From the NCBI RefSeq assembly GCF_009914755.1, contig NC_060925.1: a stretch of 64,000 nt of DNA. The stretch is one strand, 5' to 3'. The number at the start of each line of letters is the position of its first letter. Position 1 is the stretch's first letter. The position numbers and the translations under genes are program-made. The notes beneath the pieces were generated by a model that saw only the letters and a program-made list of their open reading frames with translations, was not told the origin of the DNA and searched no databases. The DNA is from the human T2T-CHM13v2.0 reference genome, Homo sapiens. Below, in pieces: positions 44,757 through 60,349 of this stretch.

Positions 44757-45040
44757 GTGGCCCACACCTGTAATTCCAGCACTTTGGGAGGCTGAGGCAG
44801 GCAGATCACTTGAGGCCAGGAGTTCAAGACCAGCCTGGCCAATATGGCAAAACCCTGTCTCTAAGAAAAATGTAAAAATTAGCTGGGTGTGGTAGTGCAT
44901 GCCTGTAATCCCAGCTATTTGGGTGGCTGAGGCACAAGAATCACTTGAATCCAGGAGGTGGAGGTTGCAGTGAGCTGAGATTATACCACTGCACTCCAGC
45001 CTGGGCAACAGAATGAGACTCTGTCTCAAAAACAAAAAAC
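44757..45040 (+). mobile_element. AluS (Sz-like)
   Basis: gatcacttgaggccaggagttcaagaccagcctggcc; flanking ACAATCTC repeat. Confidence 0.9.
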
Positions 45041-45885
45041 AATCTCCAATGAATGAAAGTCAAATGTCTTCAGGCACATAAGATTTGGCAAGAAATCCAA
45101 GAAATAGATTTTTCATTTGTATTTTAGAGGCTGATTTATCATTCATAGTAATAAAATATTGAATAATGCATTAGAAGGCAGCCTATATGAGAATTCTACT
45201 ACTTTGTTTTATTTTTGTGCAAGTCTGCAAAACTTCTGAATATATAGTCTTGTAATATATACTGTAGTAAACAGATTAAAATATTTACCACATGTAGTGA
45301 ACACACAATAAACAATTTGATGTCTGCTATAAATATTCATTATATTTTATTAATTATATAAGCCTATATACATTCTTTATAGAACAATCATGATAGTCAG
45401 AAATATTAGTTTTACTCTTTGATTGTTTAATTTTCTTCTACCTGATTCAAAAAGATGGGATATAACTAATATCTCTAAGAAATATATAAAATAAAGTGCT
45501 ACAAAGTCATTGGCTATATATAGAAAATTTTATCAAATAAGATGACATAGGTAAATAAAAGCACATCTAGTATAATACTTAACATCCAATGCTTTCTTTC
45601 ATTTCCTTTAATGTAACTAAGTAGCACCTAGCTTGCAAACAAGTTACCATTTTCACTTTTTAAAAATATATATAACAACAAAATATATAATAATTGGGGG
45701 CTTTGCTTATGACTGTGTCATCAGTACATAATATAAATTCTAGTTATGGGTGTTTTTTAGCAAGAAAGTCTCTTTTATTGTTGTTTGTTTGCTTTTTGTT
45801 TCTACACACTTACTTCAGACAGGTCTAAAGTATATGCTAAAAAACGAAAATGCCAAGTGCATGGCTGTAGTTTTTATCCTATAAC

Positions 45886-45904
45886 TGGCCACTAGATGGT
45901 GCCC
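45886..45904 (+). promoter_or_regulatory. CTCF motif
   Basis: TGGCCACTAGATGGTGCCC closely matches the CTCF core CCACYAGRKGGCRC, in unique AT-rich intron sequence. Confidence 0.7.
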
Positions 45905-46721
45905 TCTCCTCTGGGAAAAAAAAACATATATTTTATATACATAATTTATAAAATTATATCTGTAAAAAAAAAAATGGCCCAAAATATATTTTTATATATT
46001 TATAAATATACATATGGCCCCCAAAAAACAAGGTTCTATTACTGAAGGAACGAAAAGGATGTTTGAATGAAGAAATGTAACCTTGCATGAAGAAATGCGC
46101 TTTCACAAAAATTATCTGAAATAACTTGGACCCTCTTTCTAAATTAGGAGTAAGTCACTGGTTTTAATGTGAATTTTAGGACCCTCTGACATTTTAGAAT
46201 GTTCCACTGGGTGGTGCACATGTGTGTGTAACAAGAAAAACACACAGCTCAGCATAAGTCATTTCAAAAATCTGACCCCAAAAATGTGACATTCAAGGTG
46301 TCACATTCAAATATTCTTGACATTTTATGCCACAGCCCCACATTTTTCATCATACCCCATTCCATATTAGTTCTTTCTAAATCTTTATAGAAGCAGGTTT
46401 AACATGATATTTGATTAATCATTAAGAACAATAATTATTTAACACTAATTATTCTGACTTGATGAAGCAGACTTATCATTAAAATAGCACTATATACTAA
46501 AAGATACTTTGTACTGCTGATTATAATCTGATCTCACTGTCCATGAATTGTAACAATTAAAATAAACCCCTGTATTTTCTAAAGCTAGTAGAGGTTGAAA
46601 AGAACATCAATTAAATTTACTATGTCACTGAGCATAATGCCTTCAGGAAATAAATTTTAATATTTTAAGAAGAATAAAAAGGTACCAGCTCCTTGGCATT
46701 TTAGATACATCACATACTCAC

Positions 46722-46856
46722 ATCTTCTATCAGAAGTTCTGATTCTGCATCTGACTTTCCTGGAAACCGGATCTTCATGTCTTTGAGAACAAATAAGGTC
46801 TGACTTGTTAGATCATCTTCTTGTTCTTTTGTTTTCAGTTGCCGCAAAGACTCACT
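46722..46856 (-). CDS. TTLL7: TTLL7 exon 17 SESLRQLKTKEQEDDLTSQTLFVLKDMKIRFPGKSDAESELLIED
   Basis: tttaag|AGTG acceptor, GAT|gtgagt donor, 135 nt, phase 0 to 0. Confidence 0.95.
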
Positions 46857-47848
46857 CTTAAATTTGAAAGAATACAGATATTTGGAGGGGGTCTTATTTC
46901 ATTGTGCCAGTATAATCTGAAAGATATTTCTAGGTAAAAATGATGCACTTTTAACTGAAAACAATAACAATGAAAAAGGAAGAAAATTTTCTTTTACACT
47001 TGTGAATTCTTTGGATTAAATGGATATGAATCCCAAGAGTGTCTTTCACACTTCCACAAGGTTATACTTATTTAGCTCAAAGTACTAAAATAAAAATATA
47101 AATACTTAAAAAGGACTTCCTGGTCAGTTTCATTTGCTACATATACCTTAGGCAATTTTTCTTGATTAGAAAAAAAAATTCATTGTTACCAAGTGAAATT
47201 CACTCACTTATATTTCCTGACTTCCCTTTGGAAACATGATCCATATTAAATAAACAAATTAAATAAATCCTTAGTCTATGTGAAGGTAGTCGGAGCTATC
47301 TATTTGAGCATCTAAAAGTAAGCCTTCTTACAAACTAAATTCACTACTTTCTAAATATCAAATCTCTGGGATTCATGCTAACAAGGGAATACTATATGTT
47401 AATTTAACATACAGAACACATTATAAATAACATTGTACTTAAGTGCTCTAAGGAGAATTTATCATTTTTTAACCTATTAATCAACTGTCCCATTAAGTAA
47501 AATTTTCCAAATTTCCTCAAATTTAAAGATAGACTGCATAATACACTGCAAAACCATACATTTCCTCAGGTAATTTTCAGTAATATTATCCTACTATATC
47601 AGCAAATAGAAAATAAAATAATGCTATTCTCAGTGCTCATCTTTGAGTTCTGTGATAGAGTGAAGTCTGCACTTTTTAAGAGTCATACTAAATTGTAGGC
47701 TAAGGTAGGTGAATAATCCAAATTTCAAGAGGTCATGAGTTGAATTATGGAAAGGATCTGAGGTTCAGTCTGTCCTCCTCTCATCTGATCCCCTTTGCCT
47801 GAGTACAGAGCTCCCTGTAATCTTGAAAGAGCAAAACAGATGACCTAC

Positions 47849-48054
47849 CACTTGAGAGTTGGTAGAGCAGGCATCATTACTGTGAGGCAGATGCCTCATG
47901 TAGGAGGAAGCACGGTTTAAGGAATGTGACCGAGATGCAGAAGTTGGCCGTGACACAGATATCATTTGTTGAGCAGAAAATGGGCGGGTGTCCCCACTGG
48001 AAGGTGATTGAGCAGAGATGGACCGAGGGCAGCTGACTGAACGTCTTATGGAGC
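47849..48054 (-). CDS. TTLL7: TTLL7 exon 16 SIRRSVSCPRSISAQ...HSNDACSTNSQV
   Basis: tgatag|GCTC acceptor, GTG|gtaggt donor, 206 nt, phase 1 to 0; overlaps ORF 47765..47965. Confidence 0.94.
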
Positions 48055-48349
48055 CTATCAGTGATGGAGAAGAGGGATACTACAGTAGCAGTATTAATAC
48101 AAGTTTTTCACTGTATGAAGTCTATATAAACTAAAGATTATAGCAGCTAGTAGTAAAGTAGCAATAAATGTCAAAGCATAGGCATCATCATGAGAATATG
48201 AGTTTGGAATACACTTTTCAACAACAGTGAACTTGTTGCAGAAGAACCCCTGTAATGTATAAAAAATGGCCCTTGTGGGAATAATACTATCAACAATCCT
48301 TCAATGTTATATCCTGAAAACATGAGCTAAGAGAACCAGAAGAAAGGAA

Positions 48350-48560
48350 AATTAACATTTATGGAGCATATTCTATAAGCCAGGCATTGTGCTAAGTGCT
48401 ACACTTATATCTTAGTCCTCATGGAAACCCTCTGAAGTAGGGATCTCCATTGCCCAGAGGCTTAGAGAAAGAACTTTTTCAAGGTCATACAGCAAGGAAG
48501 TGGTCAAGATCAGGTTTCAATCCTGACCCTATCTAATTCCAGTGTCTTCCCTTTTTCTAT
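48350..48560 (-). mobile_element. MIR
   Basis: acatttatggagcata...aaggtcatacagcaaggaagtgg. Confidence 0.65.
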
Positions 48561-51557
48561 AATACCATGATGCTATCCACTATCCCTTGAGATTTGACTG
48601 GTCACTCACAAGAATCTGTGTATAGGTTAGAGATTGAACATTTTACAGCAAGATTCATAGGGAGGGCTGGAAAGGCATACAGGCTAAATAGGTTAAGTTA
48701 TAGAATTTAGAAGCCATGAGAAAAAAAACAGTAATAAAACAAAAGAAAAATATGCAGATTATCCTAACGGAGTTTAAATACAGAATTGGTTATTATAAAG
48801 AGTAGTACTGAACAGAGAGTATTTTAAGTCACAAGAGTAAATAATTTTTTAAGTAGGTTAAATTCCTATAGAAAAAGACAAGTGAAGAAAAAAATGTATG
48901 GATCTATAGGGTTGTTATCAGAACAAATATCTAAGAGAAACTATAAAATATCTTCCCCAATGCATACTAAGAACACCTAATAAAGAAAACCAACTGTTCC
49001 AGATAAATTTTGACTCCTGACACAGGGAAATAGATCATCACTCAATACTATCAATATTTTTATTGTTTTTCAGTTCCTATGGTCTATATATCCTCTGTTC
49101 TGTATTCTTTCTCTGCTTGAGGAATATATCTTCATTAAATAATTTGGTAAAATTCACATGAAGCCAGGTTGAATACCCAAATATTTCTCTTCATTAGCTG
49201 TTGAAAAAAAATTTAAACCTTTATAAAGGGAATAGACATAAGCCTTATATTTAGGGATGTACTTCTAAATTAAATTTTGGAGAGTACAAAAAGGTATACT
49301 TATTTAAGCTATAAAAGATTAAAAAAAACTTCTCTTTGTTCCAATGATTAACTTCCTTGTGAACCTGAAACTGTCACCACTTTTCAAAATGACACTGCTT
49401 CTATATTTCTAGAGAAGGGCTATGTGAGGAACATACCACTGGTCAATCTTTTTTTTTTTTTTAACAAAGAACTGCACATATTTAATGTGCGCCGAGAGCA
49501 AACTTATACTAAGAAAATACCCAAGGCATGTGCTAGTAACTGCACTGTAGTCCTACTCTCTTTGAGGGGTTATGGTAATGGTTTGGTTGTATATAACCTG
49601 ATCACTGGGCAGAAGGAAAATATCCTTTGTCTTGAATCATCACAGATTACTTTTTTTTTTCCTTTTTTTTTTTTTTTTTTTGCCTACACATGCTAGAAAT
49701 TCAGATAGAAAAACTAAGTAGCTAGACATGCCAATGATGTTTGGGTAGGTTCACAAAAAATCTTTGTAACTTGCATATCCCTTTGAAGCTGAAATAAGTT
49801 TGAATTTTTCAAACTATATACAAGACAAAGTGTTACACATAATCTGGATTTTGTCCTTGATCATCAGCACTACTCTGAAGACAAAACTCAAGTAGGATTT
49901 CTGGCTGAAATGTTCCTTAATGTAAGATTAAAGAAAGAATAAACACAAAGTGAAAGACTTGTTACAATTCCTCGTGAATATAAAAATAAAATATAACTAA
50001 TAAAAAAGACATGTAATTAAATTAGGCTAGATTTCAAATGAAAATTCATACTTAAAAACATTTTAAAAATCTGTATATTTTAGTGCACTATTGTCTGATA
50101 TCAATTTGTTAACCTATTGGTCTAAGAACAAAGAACAATCTCAGAGCTATAACAATGTTAGCAAATTTTACTCCAACCTGTCCTCATCCCCCATCAGTTC
50201 ATGCCATTAGGGAGGTACACATCAGCTAACAGGAAAGGGAATTAAAAACTGACCAAATTTGGGCATAAAAACCTCAGCTTCTAAAACCAACACAGAGCCA
50301 TACTTACACAAAGACACACTGAAAGTATTTAAGGAATCCTTCAGAAAAAAGGAAGCAAATGATGAAATAGCTTACAAACTGTGTAACAGGTGCTCAATAA
50401 ACATTTCTTAAATGAATAAGTAAATAAATAAATAAATGAAATGGAACACAATACATTAATTCCCCTCCAAAGACATAAACCCTGGAAGATATGAAGTAGT
50501 AGCACATTTCTTTAGAGAATAATGTATAAACAAAGACCATTCCTCTAAAAGCTTCATCTATTGGTTCTTTATTCCTCATGCATTTTGCCGTAAGTGTTTA
50601 AGGCCAGTTTTAAAATATCCACATTATCAGGGAAGTTAACATATTAAATACATTGCTGACGGTAAAAAGGGCTCACAATTGTGTTCACTGCATTATTGAG
50701 CTGGTTCCTTTAGTGGAACCCTAGGACAGTGGAGCACGAGGCAAATAGAAATATGAGAGACAAGTGTTCAGAAAAGTCCTGGACTGGAGGCAGCATCAGG
50801 AAGGGGTTTTCCAACTGAATCTAGGCAAACAGCAATCCCACACTGGACATTTGGGGATGAAAGAAAAATCACAGACACAATATTGCACATTTGGAATTGA
50901 AGAACAAACGAAAGAAGAGCCAAAGGAAGAGAGAGAGAATGTAAAAAGAAATACAGACAGAAGGAGAGAAAAGGAAGCAGAAACGGAAGGAGATGGAACA
51001 GCTGGTTGGCTGCTCTCCTAAGTAGTTCCTATGCATCATAAGCCCTGACTTAAGTACTCACCCGTGATGAAAATGGGAGGGAACAAAACTCCAACTATTT
51101 CACAATTATGTAACTTACAGATACATTCAAGTCAAATGCCTAGGGATATACATACTTTTTGAAAAATATATAATAAGTGATAGTATAAAACAAAGTGGGT
51201 GAAGGAAGTAGAGAGGCAGAAATTGAATGAGAGAGAATATATTGGCTTAAGAGACACATAATCATCAGATCAGCCATGAGGCACATTTTACAAAACCCAG
51301 GCAAAAATCTGGCACCTAACAAAAACGATGAAATATAGAATAGATCCTTAATCCAGCCCTTTCGTTTTCTATTTGCAGATCTTGAAAGGGCTTAATTAAG
51401 GGATGTGCCCGAGTCTGGTTAGGGAAGGAAGTGGGATGGAATCCAGGTCTCCTCACACACAACAGGGTTCATTTGGCCCAAGGACCTTTTACTGAGTTTA
51501 ATAATTTCAGTTCCATAATTCTTTATATAACATCTAAATTAGAAGAAATTGACTTAC

Positions 51558-51756
51558 TGGGTTGTTGAATTAATTTGTAGTGGTTGGAGGGTTTAAGATT
51601 ATATGTAACTTGCTTTTCTCTTTTCTTATTTTGGTACTCTTCTTTTTCATTTTCGTCAGATTCTGAAGAGCTGCTGCTACTATCATAACTGCTGTCACTG
51701 CTGCAGTACTTTGGTCTTTTCATTATCTCAGTACTCTCAGGCATAGAACACAGAGG
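51558..51756 (-). CDS. TTLL7: TTLL7 exon 15 PLCSMPESTEIMKRPKYCSSDSSYDSSSSSSESDENEKEEYQNKKREKQVTYNLKPSNHYKLIQQP(S)
   Basis: ttttttag|CCTC acceptor, CCA|gtaagt donor, 199 nt, phase 0 to 1; overlaps ORF 51523..51744. Confidence 0.96.
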
Positions 51757-53743
51757 CTAAAAAAGATGGAAATGTGTTATTTTGTTAGAATTCTTAAAAA
51801 AGGTTTATTGATATGATTAGTTACTATTTTTAATTTCCCCCTATGCTTGCTGCTTTTTACTGAAGGTTGAGAATCCCCCCAAATACTATTGCTGCCATGC
51901 TGCTTAGCCTACAGTGCTATGCATTGATTGTTGTTTCTGCAAAATATTCTTTCTTAAATGATATAGTCATGATGAGGAATATGTTGTTCCTACATGATTG
52001 GAATAAAGGGCCAGAGTATCCATAAACAAAGAATAACAAAATAAAGGGAAAATATTTGAGATAAAAATATAAAAATAAGAAATATAATCAGCTTTTTTCA
52101 TTCCATAAGAGATTACTCATCAAGACTCAGAGATCTACCTTTGTCTTATCATTAACGTTCAGAGTTACTCAATAAATGTGTATGCATGTGCACGTGCAAG
52201 TGCATCTGTGTGTGTATGTGTGTGGTGTGTGTGTGTCTGTGTTTGTGTGTGTGAGGGGGTGGGAGGAGAAAGAGAGACAAAAAGGATAAAGAGAATAAGA
52301 ATACTAAAACATTGCCTGTGAGCCTATCCATTCAGACAATGTGCAGGAAGAAGTTAGGTATCCCTTACAAGACTAACTGGCTGTGGATATTTATAAAAAT
52401 AAAATTTTTAGTTAACTGTCCATTTTCCAAACTGCTCAAGAACAACTGATGTCTTTTCTCAGAGTATTCCTAACTCTGGCACGTAGCTTCTGGCCATAAT
52501 AGAGTGACATAACTTTTCATTGCCCATGCTACATTTTAAAAATTAATAATATAATATGAAGATCAGTATGGGTAAATTTTCATGGAGGAAGGATAAATTT
52601 CTCTAATAGAGAATGGAAGATCTGTAAAGACTGAAAATGCCATGCTGTTACGTGTTACCATCCCTATTAGAATCACTTGTTTCTAGTCCTCCCAATCAAT
52701 GTGTTTCCAATGATGCCAGCTGAAGGAATGGAAGGAAAGGGACGTGGGACAGCTTCACATCAGAAAGAATGTGCATAACCAAGAACAAGACAGTTTTATA
52801 ACTCAGTCATTCTAAGAGACTATTTATTACACACACCATATGCCTCCTATTCCTGATGGGAGAGGTTCCTTCAGTTGTATACTAGTTGCTTGTTTTCTGT
52901 TAAATCAAACAAAAATGTTTTGATGTTAGCATACACTATAATGAAATCCTTGGATAGCATGGGGATTTCACTGAAAGAAGGTATACCCTCTAGTGTAACA
53001 GTGTAGAATAAAAATAAAGACAGAAATAGCATTTCATGAAGTGCCTGGAATACAGAGTGAGCCAAAAAGCATGATCTTCTTAAATTTACAGTCTTTGCAA
53101 AGGATGAAAAATAACCAAAGCAGGAAAGTAGTTTAATTCACTAAGGTACCAACTTGTGTTTAAAAGCATGTGCTCCTTCTGATGGTCTAATATTTACTAA
53201 GTACTGACAATGTTCAAAGAGATATGCATAAAAACATTTACCAGTAACACAATCATCAAACATTTTGACAATCTTGGGGAATATGAATTCTAGAGGAAGG
53301 TTGTTTCCTCAGAAGTTTAGCATACCCAGAAGAAAGAGTGGCACAATCAGGCTTGCTAGTAGTGCCTTCCTTCATGTAGCAAACAGCTTTAAGTGTTCTT
53401 AAAGAGCTTGACTACATAATGAGTTATTCGACCCTATAAAGAATCACAAGGGGAAACGTACAGCTGAGCCTTTGTGTCTTATATGCACTTGGGACTTTTT
53501 GACCAACACACTGTTCAAGCAATAATTAACTAGCAGTCACAGCAACATAAACTCTAAATAGTGTCTTAACTACAAAATGGAATTTGTAAACTGGCATTGA
53601 GTTATGGCACAACCATACTACTTATTTTTTATGTCCAATTTTATTATGAAGTAGGCTATATATAAAAAATGTATAAATATATGAAGAATAAACACCCACA
53701 TGCCTATCACCCAGCTTAATAAAAAGAACATTGCTAATATTTT

Positions 53744-53772
53744 ACTGCAATTACTTTTGCACCAACCTAATA
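53744..53772. mobile_element. MADE1 terminal inverted repeat (half element)
   Basis: gcaattacttttgcaccaacctaata matches the MADE1/Hsmar1 TIR followed by TA. Confidence 0.75.
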
Positions 53773-54656
53773 CTTCATGTGATATTTATTATTTATGTAG
53801 CTAATGTTTCTTAGATTCTCAAATTGGTGGAAAGCTATTATTTCTCCTACTACAAGTACCAGTTTTATTTAACTTTGATTATCTCCAATTATTCTTCTAC
53901 CAGTAAAGACACTGGAAATCAATGTTGGGTGTGTGATACCATCCCTCTAAAAAGGAACGGCTGTTTTGAAGTTTTGCTCACTTTGAACCCTTGGTAAACA
54001 ACATAAAATTAAAAGTTATAAAGATTCTTCTACTTCAGACTGATTATGCAGACTTCAACAACTTTGAAATATAGCTGGCTTTAACAACTACAGGAAATAT
54101 CTAGTTCATTTCAACAAATACATTGTTAGTTTCCACTACTTGCCTAGAATGAAAGGGACTGAACAAATCAGACAAAGTGAATTCTTCTTCCTCCCAAGAG
54201 GTTATAGTTTTGTTTGGATGACAAGCCTTATATAAATGAAACCCAGGAAAATATAAGACAATATAAAGCTGTCTCAAGGCTTCTGCATTTGCCATTCTGC
54301 CAGAAACATTGTGCCTCCAGGATATCTCATGTCTGGTTTGCTGAATAGCAATAATTAATATACAAAGCTTAGAAACTTCCCAGTGTTTCCCAAAGTGATG
54401 CCATGACTCATGCAAGTATTCACTTTTACAGATACTCTAAAATATATTTCTTCCAAAGGAAGTATCAATGACATATTCTACAATGCCTCAATATAGAGCA
54501 CATAATTCAGAACAGTCTCTGATATCCAAGATCTCCACCAGATAAGTATCTTATCTCTTAACCAGGCTCACCTGTATCATTTCACTATCCAAGAACCTTC
54601 CACTTGAGTCATACCAAACTTTTCATGTTTCTACAACATCCTATACAGTATCATAA

Positions 54657-55022
<366 letters not shown>

Positions 55023-55593
55023 TCTTCCACCTCTCTTAATGCTTAGAGCACTACTCATTTTTCAAGATCCAGTTCTAATAGCACTACCTTTCTGAAGCCA
55101 TCCACATGCTACCAATCCCTTTCTTCTCTATGGGGCTGTAGCACTTTACACTCCCTTTATTATAGTACTTGCCACATTACTCCCTGGTTTTTTATTTACC
55201 TGTCTGCTCTTCTACTAGCCAATGAGGTTCTTATGCATATATTTAACAAATTGAACTAATGGATTTTGAGAACCTACTGTGTGTCACACACTGGCTAGGT
55301 TCTAAGAATACAAAGATGAAAATCTACTTGCTACCCTCAGGAACTTGCAACCTCATACTGAGGCAAACATGCAAATAATTACTTGTCACAACTGCTCTAT
55401 AAAAGTGTTATTTATGGAACAGCAGGAGAAAGAAAGAAGGGAAGGTCTAAGCCTAACTGGGGAAATGAGGGAAGGTTTCACACAAGCAACAGCGGTTCAG
55501 CTGAAATAGGAAGGAGCCTCAAACAACAAGTCAATGACTTTTTTTTTTAGTAGGAAGACATTTCAGAAGCATGGAAAAGCATGAAAATACGAT

Positions 55594-57044
<1,451 letters not shown>

Positions 57045-57169
57045 GAAAATATGATAGAAGACAAAGTGGCTAAGGACAAAGAGATAGCATAGTAATTCTG
57101 AAATATAAATGGAATAGAATGAAAAAAAAATCCAAGATTTTTCTAATTTAACTCTTTCCTACTCTACTA

Positions 57170-57509
<340 letters not shown>

Positions 57510-57996
57510 GGAGAACATGTAGATGTCATCTACATGACAGCTTTCTACTTATTTCTAGGAATTACACCTATTTTAACTAAAACAAAATCAATGTTGTTAG
57601 GTCAGCAAAAGACAGGGCTTCTAATTAGGGTCTCTAGAGTTCATGATTTGCCTTATTTATAATGTTACCCATTTATTTGATAATTATCTGTCTAGAGGTA
57701 TGAGGCAAACTTAATACTTAGTTTAGAATAAGAGTACTAGCTCTTGGGTCCCTTTTGGCCCTGACTCATGGTCTTTTCACTGTCATCAGGAAAATAACCA
57801 AAATGACGAATGAAACTAATAAAACAAAACAAACTCCTGAGTGTAAGGTATCATCATCTTCCAAACTTTACCTGCACTGGGCACACAGTCCCTGTGGTTC
57901 CTTTTTTAAAGCAGCACCAGTCTTTCTTATAGTGAGAAGTATCAAGGGCTAGTAGCATCTACTTTGATAAGTAAGGAAGGTAGAGATATACTGCAC

Positions 57997-58083
57997 CTTT
58001 GGTCCTCGAGTCTTGGTAGTTTTTCCCATCAACTTTTCATCATCAATTTCACATTGCTCCAGAAGATCCAAAATATCTTCTTC
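57997..58083 (-). CDS. TTLL7: TTLL7 exon 14 EEDILDLLEQCEIDDEKLMGKTTKTRGPK
   Basis: ttttgaag|GAAG acceptor, AAG|gtgcag donor, 87 nt, phase 0 to 0. Confidence 0.94.
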
Positions 58084-58445
58084 CTTCAAAAAATATTCTA
58101 ATTAAAATTACAACCACTAATGGACTCTAGAATTTTTCCAAGTTGATTAATCTCCACAAAATAATGCAGAGCAAGGATTCCTGAAATTATTTAGTGAAGA
58201 TTGCTCAGAAAAAAGGAGAAATATTAAAGGGTCACAGCAAATTCTCTTGAAACTTTCACTAAAATCTGGCATTATAATTAATACATAGCCAAAATCTATT
58301 CTGTATTAATTATCCTAAACAAATGTATCTTTATAGTACAGTATAGTATTAAAATCTTAGAGTATAATACTTCAATAAATTAGCCCATTGGACACTAAAA
58401 TTTCTGGAAAGTTCATGCTGTTTTCCAGATTTCAAGTTTATGAAT

Positions 58446-58663
58446 CATTTCTATACAGATTAGTGCAAAATGATATTAAACCTCCAGACAGAAAACTGAT
58501 AATTGGACTAACAGTTTCACTTAGAAACATTCTAATGTGAGTATTTGCTGACTGGGCACTATTTAATGAAACTCTTTCAAAATTTTAATGATTGCACAAA
58601 GTATTTTTAGAACTTTATAAAGGTTTTCATTCTATAGTCATCAAAGGTAGCAAAAAGCCACAA
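58446..58663 (+). repeat. Local duplication, copy 1 (pairs with 60350-60573)
   Basis: Direct alignment by eye. Confidence 0.9.
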
Positions 58664-59319
58664 GTGCCCTAACACCTTTCCTGCGTTCTACTAGAGTCAT
58701 ATTCTGAATCAAAAGGAAATTTTGTAAAAGCATATACCCCAGTGGATATTAGGCAAGCCAGGACAATACGAGTATAATAGCTACACTGAAAGAGGTATAA
58801 TCAACTGTATCATTTAGTTATTTAAGAAAGGATTCTAGAAAAGGTTTTTGAAGAAACTAGAAATCTCACTGTGCAGTAGAAATGTGTAAAGTAAGTTACT
58901 CTTTGTCCCAATCTAAGGAAATTTAGCTATTGAAATCCCAAAATACTCTTATTATACATTTTTTATTAAATAATAATCTTACAATGAATTCCATGGATAG
59001 CAGTACAATATAGCCAAAAAGAAACTCAAGGAGTTCTGCTTCTGTTTAGGAGAAATATAACAGATAATACTTTCATCATAACAGCCAGAAAAGGCCAGAT
59101 AAACTAAACAATCATATTTTCTAAAACATCAGAAAGCTTTACTTTAGGTAAAAAGTAATGTAAAGAAACTAAATTCCAAAGAGGAACAAGTTCTTCCTAG
59201 GTGAGCAGAGATGAGTGGCCATTTTCTTCTTTGGGGTCATCTGTCATGTCTGGACATATGTAGGCAGAGATCAAGTCTAAAATAGAGAGCTCCTACTAGG
59301 ATAAAAAGAATCTTCTTGA

Positions 59320-59625
59320 AATGCTCCCTTTTAGAATCCTGAGCTACTATATTGAGAGGTCTGACTACCCTGCTGAGAGACTGTGTAGGGAGAAAGAGAT
59401 ACCAGCCAGCTCCCAGATGTTTCAGCTATCTTATCTGACACACCAGACATGTGAGTGAAGCTACCCTGGATTTCTAGCCCCAGTTGGGCATTCAGATACA
59501 TGCTACTATATGATTCACCCCAGGAAAGACAAGCGGAAGAACCACTCAGCTGTGCCCAGCCACGATTGCAGAGTAATGAGCAAATAAATGAAGTGGTTTG
59601 TTATGCTATAATAGAAAACTGCTAG
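59320..59625 (+). mobile_element. MLT1 (G/H-like) LTR fragment
   Basis: ccagacatgtgagtgaagc...ggtttgttatgctataatagaaaactg. Confidence 0.7.
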
Positions 59626-59649
59626 ACCTTTTACTATGGTGTACAGATT

Positions 59650-59652
<3 letters not shown>

Positions 59653-59686
<34 letters not shown>
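59653..59686 (+). repeat. (GT)n microsatellite
   Basis: Directly visible. Confidence 0.95.
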
Positions 59687-59688
<2 letters not shown>

Positions 59689-60091
59689 CATTTACTTCCT
59701 CTCATATGCTAGATCTACATAGCATCAAGAAAAAGTATTATGTAATGTTTGTTATAATCCAAAAAATAAAAACGCTACAAACCACTAGGTTAATTCCATG
59801 GGTTTCTTTATCCAGTTACATATACACATCTATGTAAGAAGATACGTTATTATAATATATTGATATTACAACATAATATCACAATTCTCTACTCCATAAT
59901 TTTTCTTGGTAGATATCTTATGAAGTAAGTTGGTTCATCATGAAATGTTACCAACTGTTAAAATAGAAAGCTTGGGGAAAGCATATCTTAAAAGTAAAAT
60001 GTTTTTATATGTCGGACCAAGGTGGCTTGTCTGTAAAGACATATTGTTTAGCTTTATTCTTTTTTCTCTATATAAACATTCATTCTCTTAC

Positions 60092-60227
60092 CTTCATCCT
60101 TTTCAAAGGATTATTCAACTCTCGCTGGAATGAAGCTGCTCTTCCTGAAAGGAAGGTCTGAAAGGCAACAGCTAACAAATTTTCATACTTTTCAAGTAAT
60201 GCTTTATCTTCAGGAGGATAAATTCGT
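60092..60227 (-). CDS. TTLL7: TTLL7 exon 13 RIYPPEDKALLEKYENLLAVAFQTFLSGRAASFQRELNNPLKRMK
   Basis: ttgtag|ACGA acceptor, AAG|gtaaga donor, 136 nt, phase 2 to 0. Confidence 0.96.
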
Positions 60228-60349
60228 CTACAACAAAATCAGATAAACCAATTTTTTAAAAAGAAGCTGTCGTAGCTCAATAGTTAACATCAACTCCATA
60301 GACAATCCTTGACCATCTATTCTATACCAGTCACATTGCCAGGTATAAG

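Noticed and set aside
49449-49500. Poly(T)-tailed short insert suggesting a retroposed small RNA
   Set aside because: Better matches an old L1M 3' terminus; no snRNA similarity.
50308-50338. 31-nt cryptic exon candidate with gtaagt donor in intron 15
   Set aside because: Weak exonic donor context and ambiguous acceptor; expected by chance.
53744-53772. miR-548-type hairpin
   Set aside because: Only one MADE1 arm is present, so no hairpin can form.
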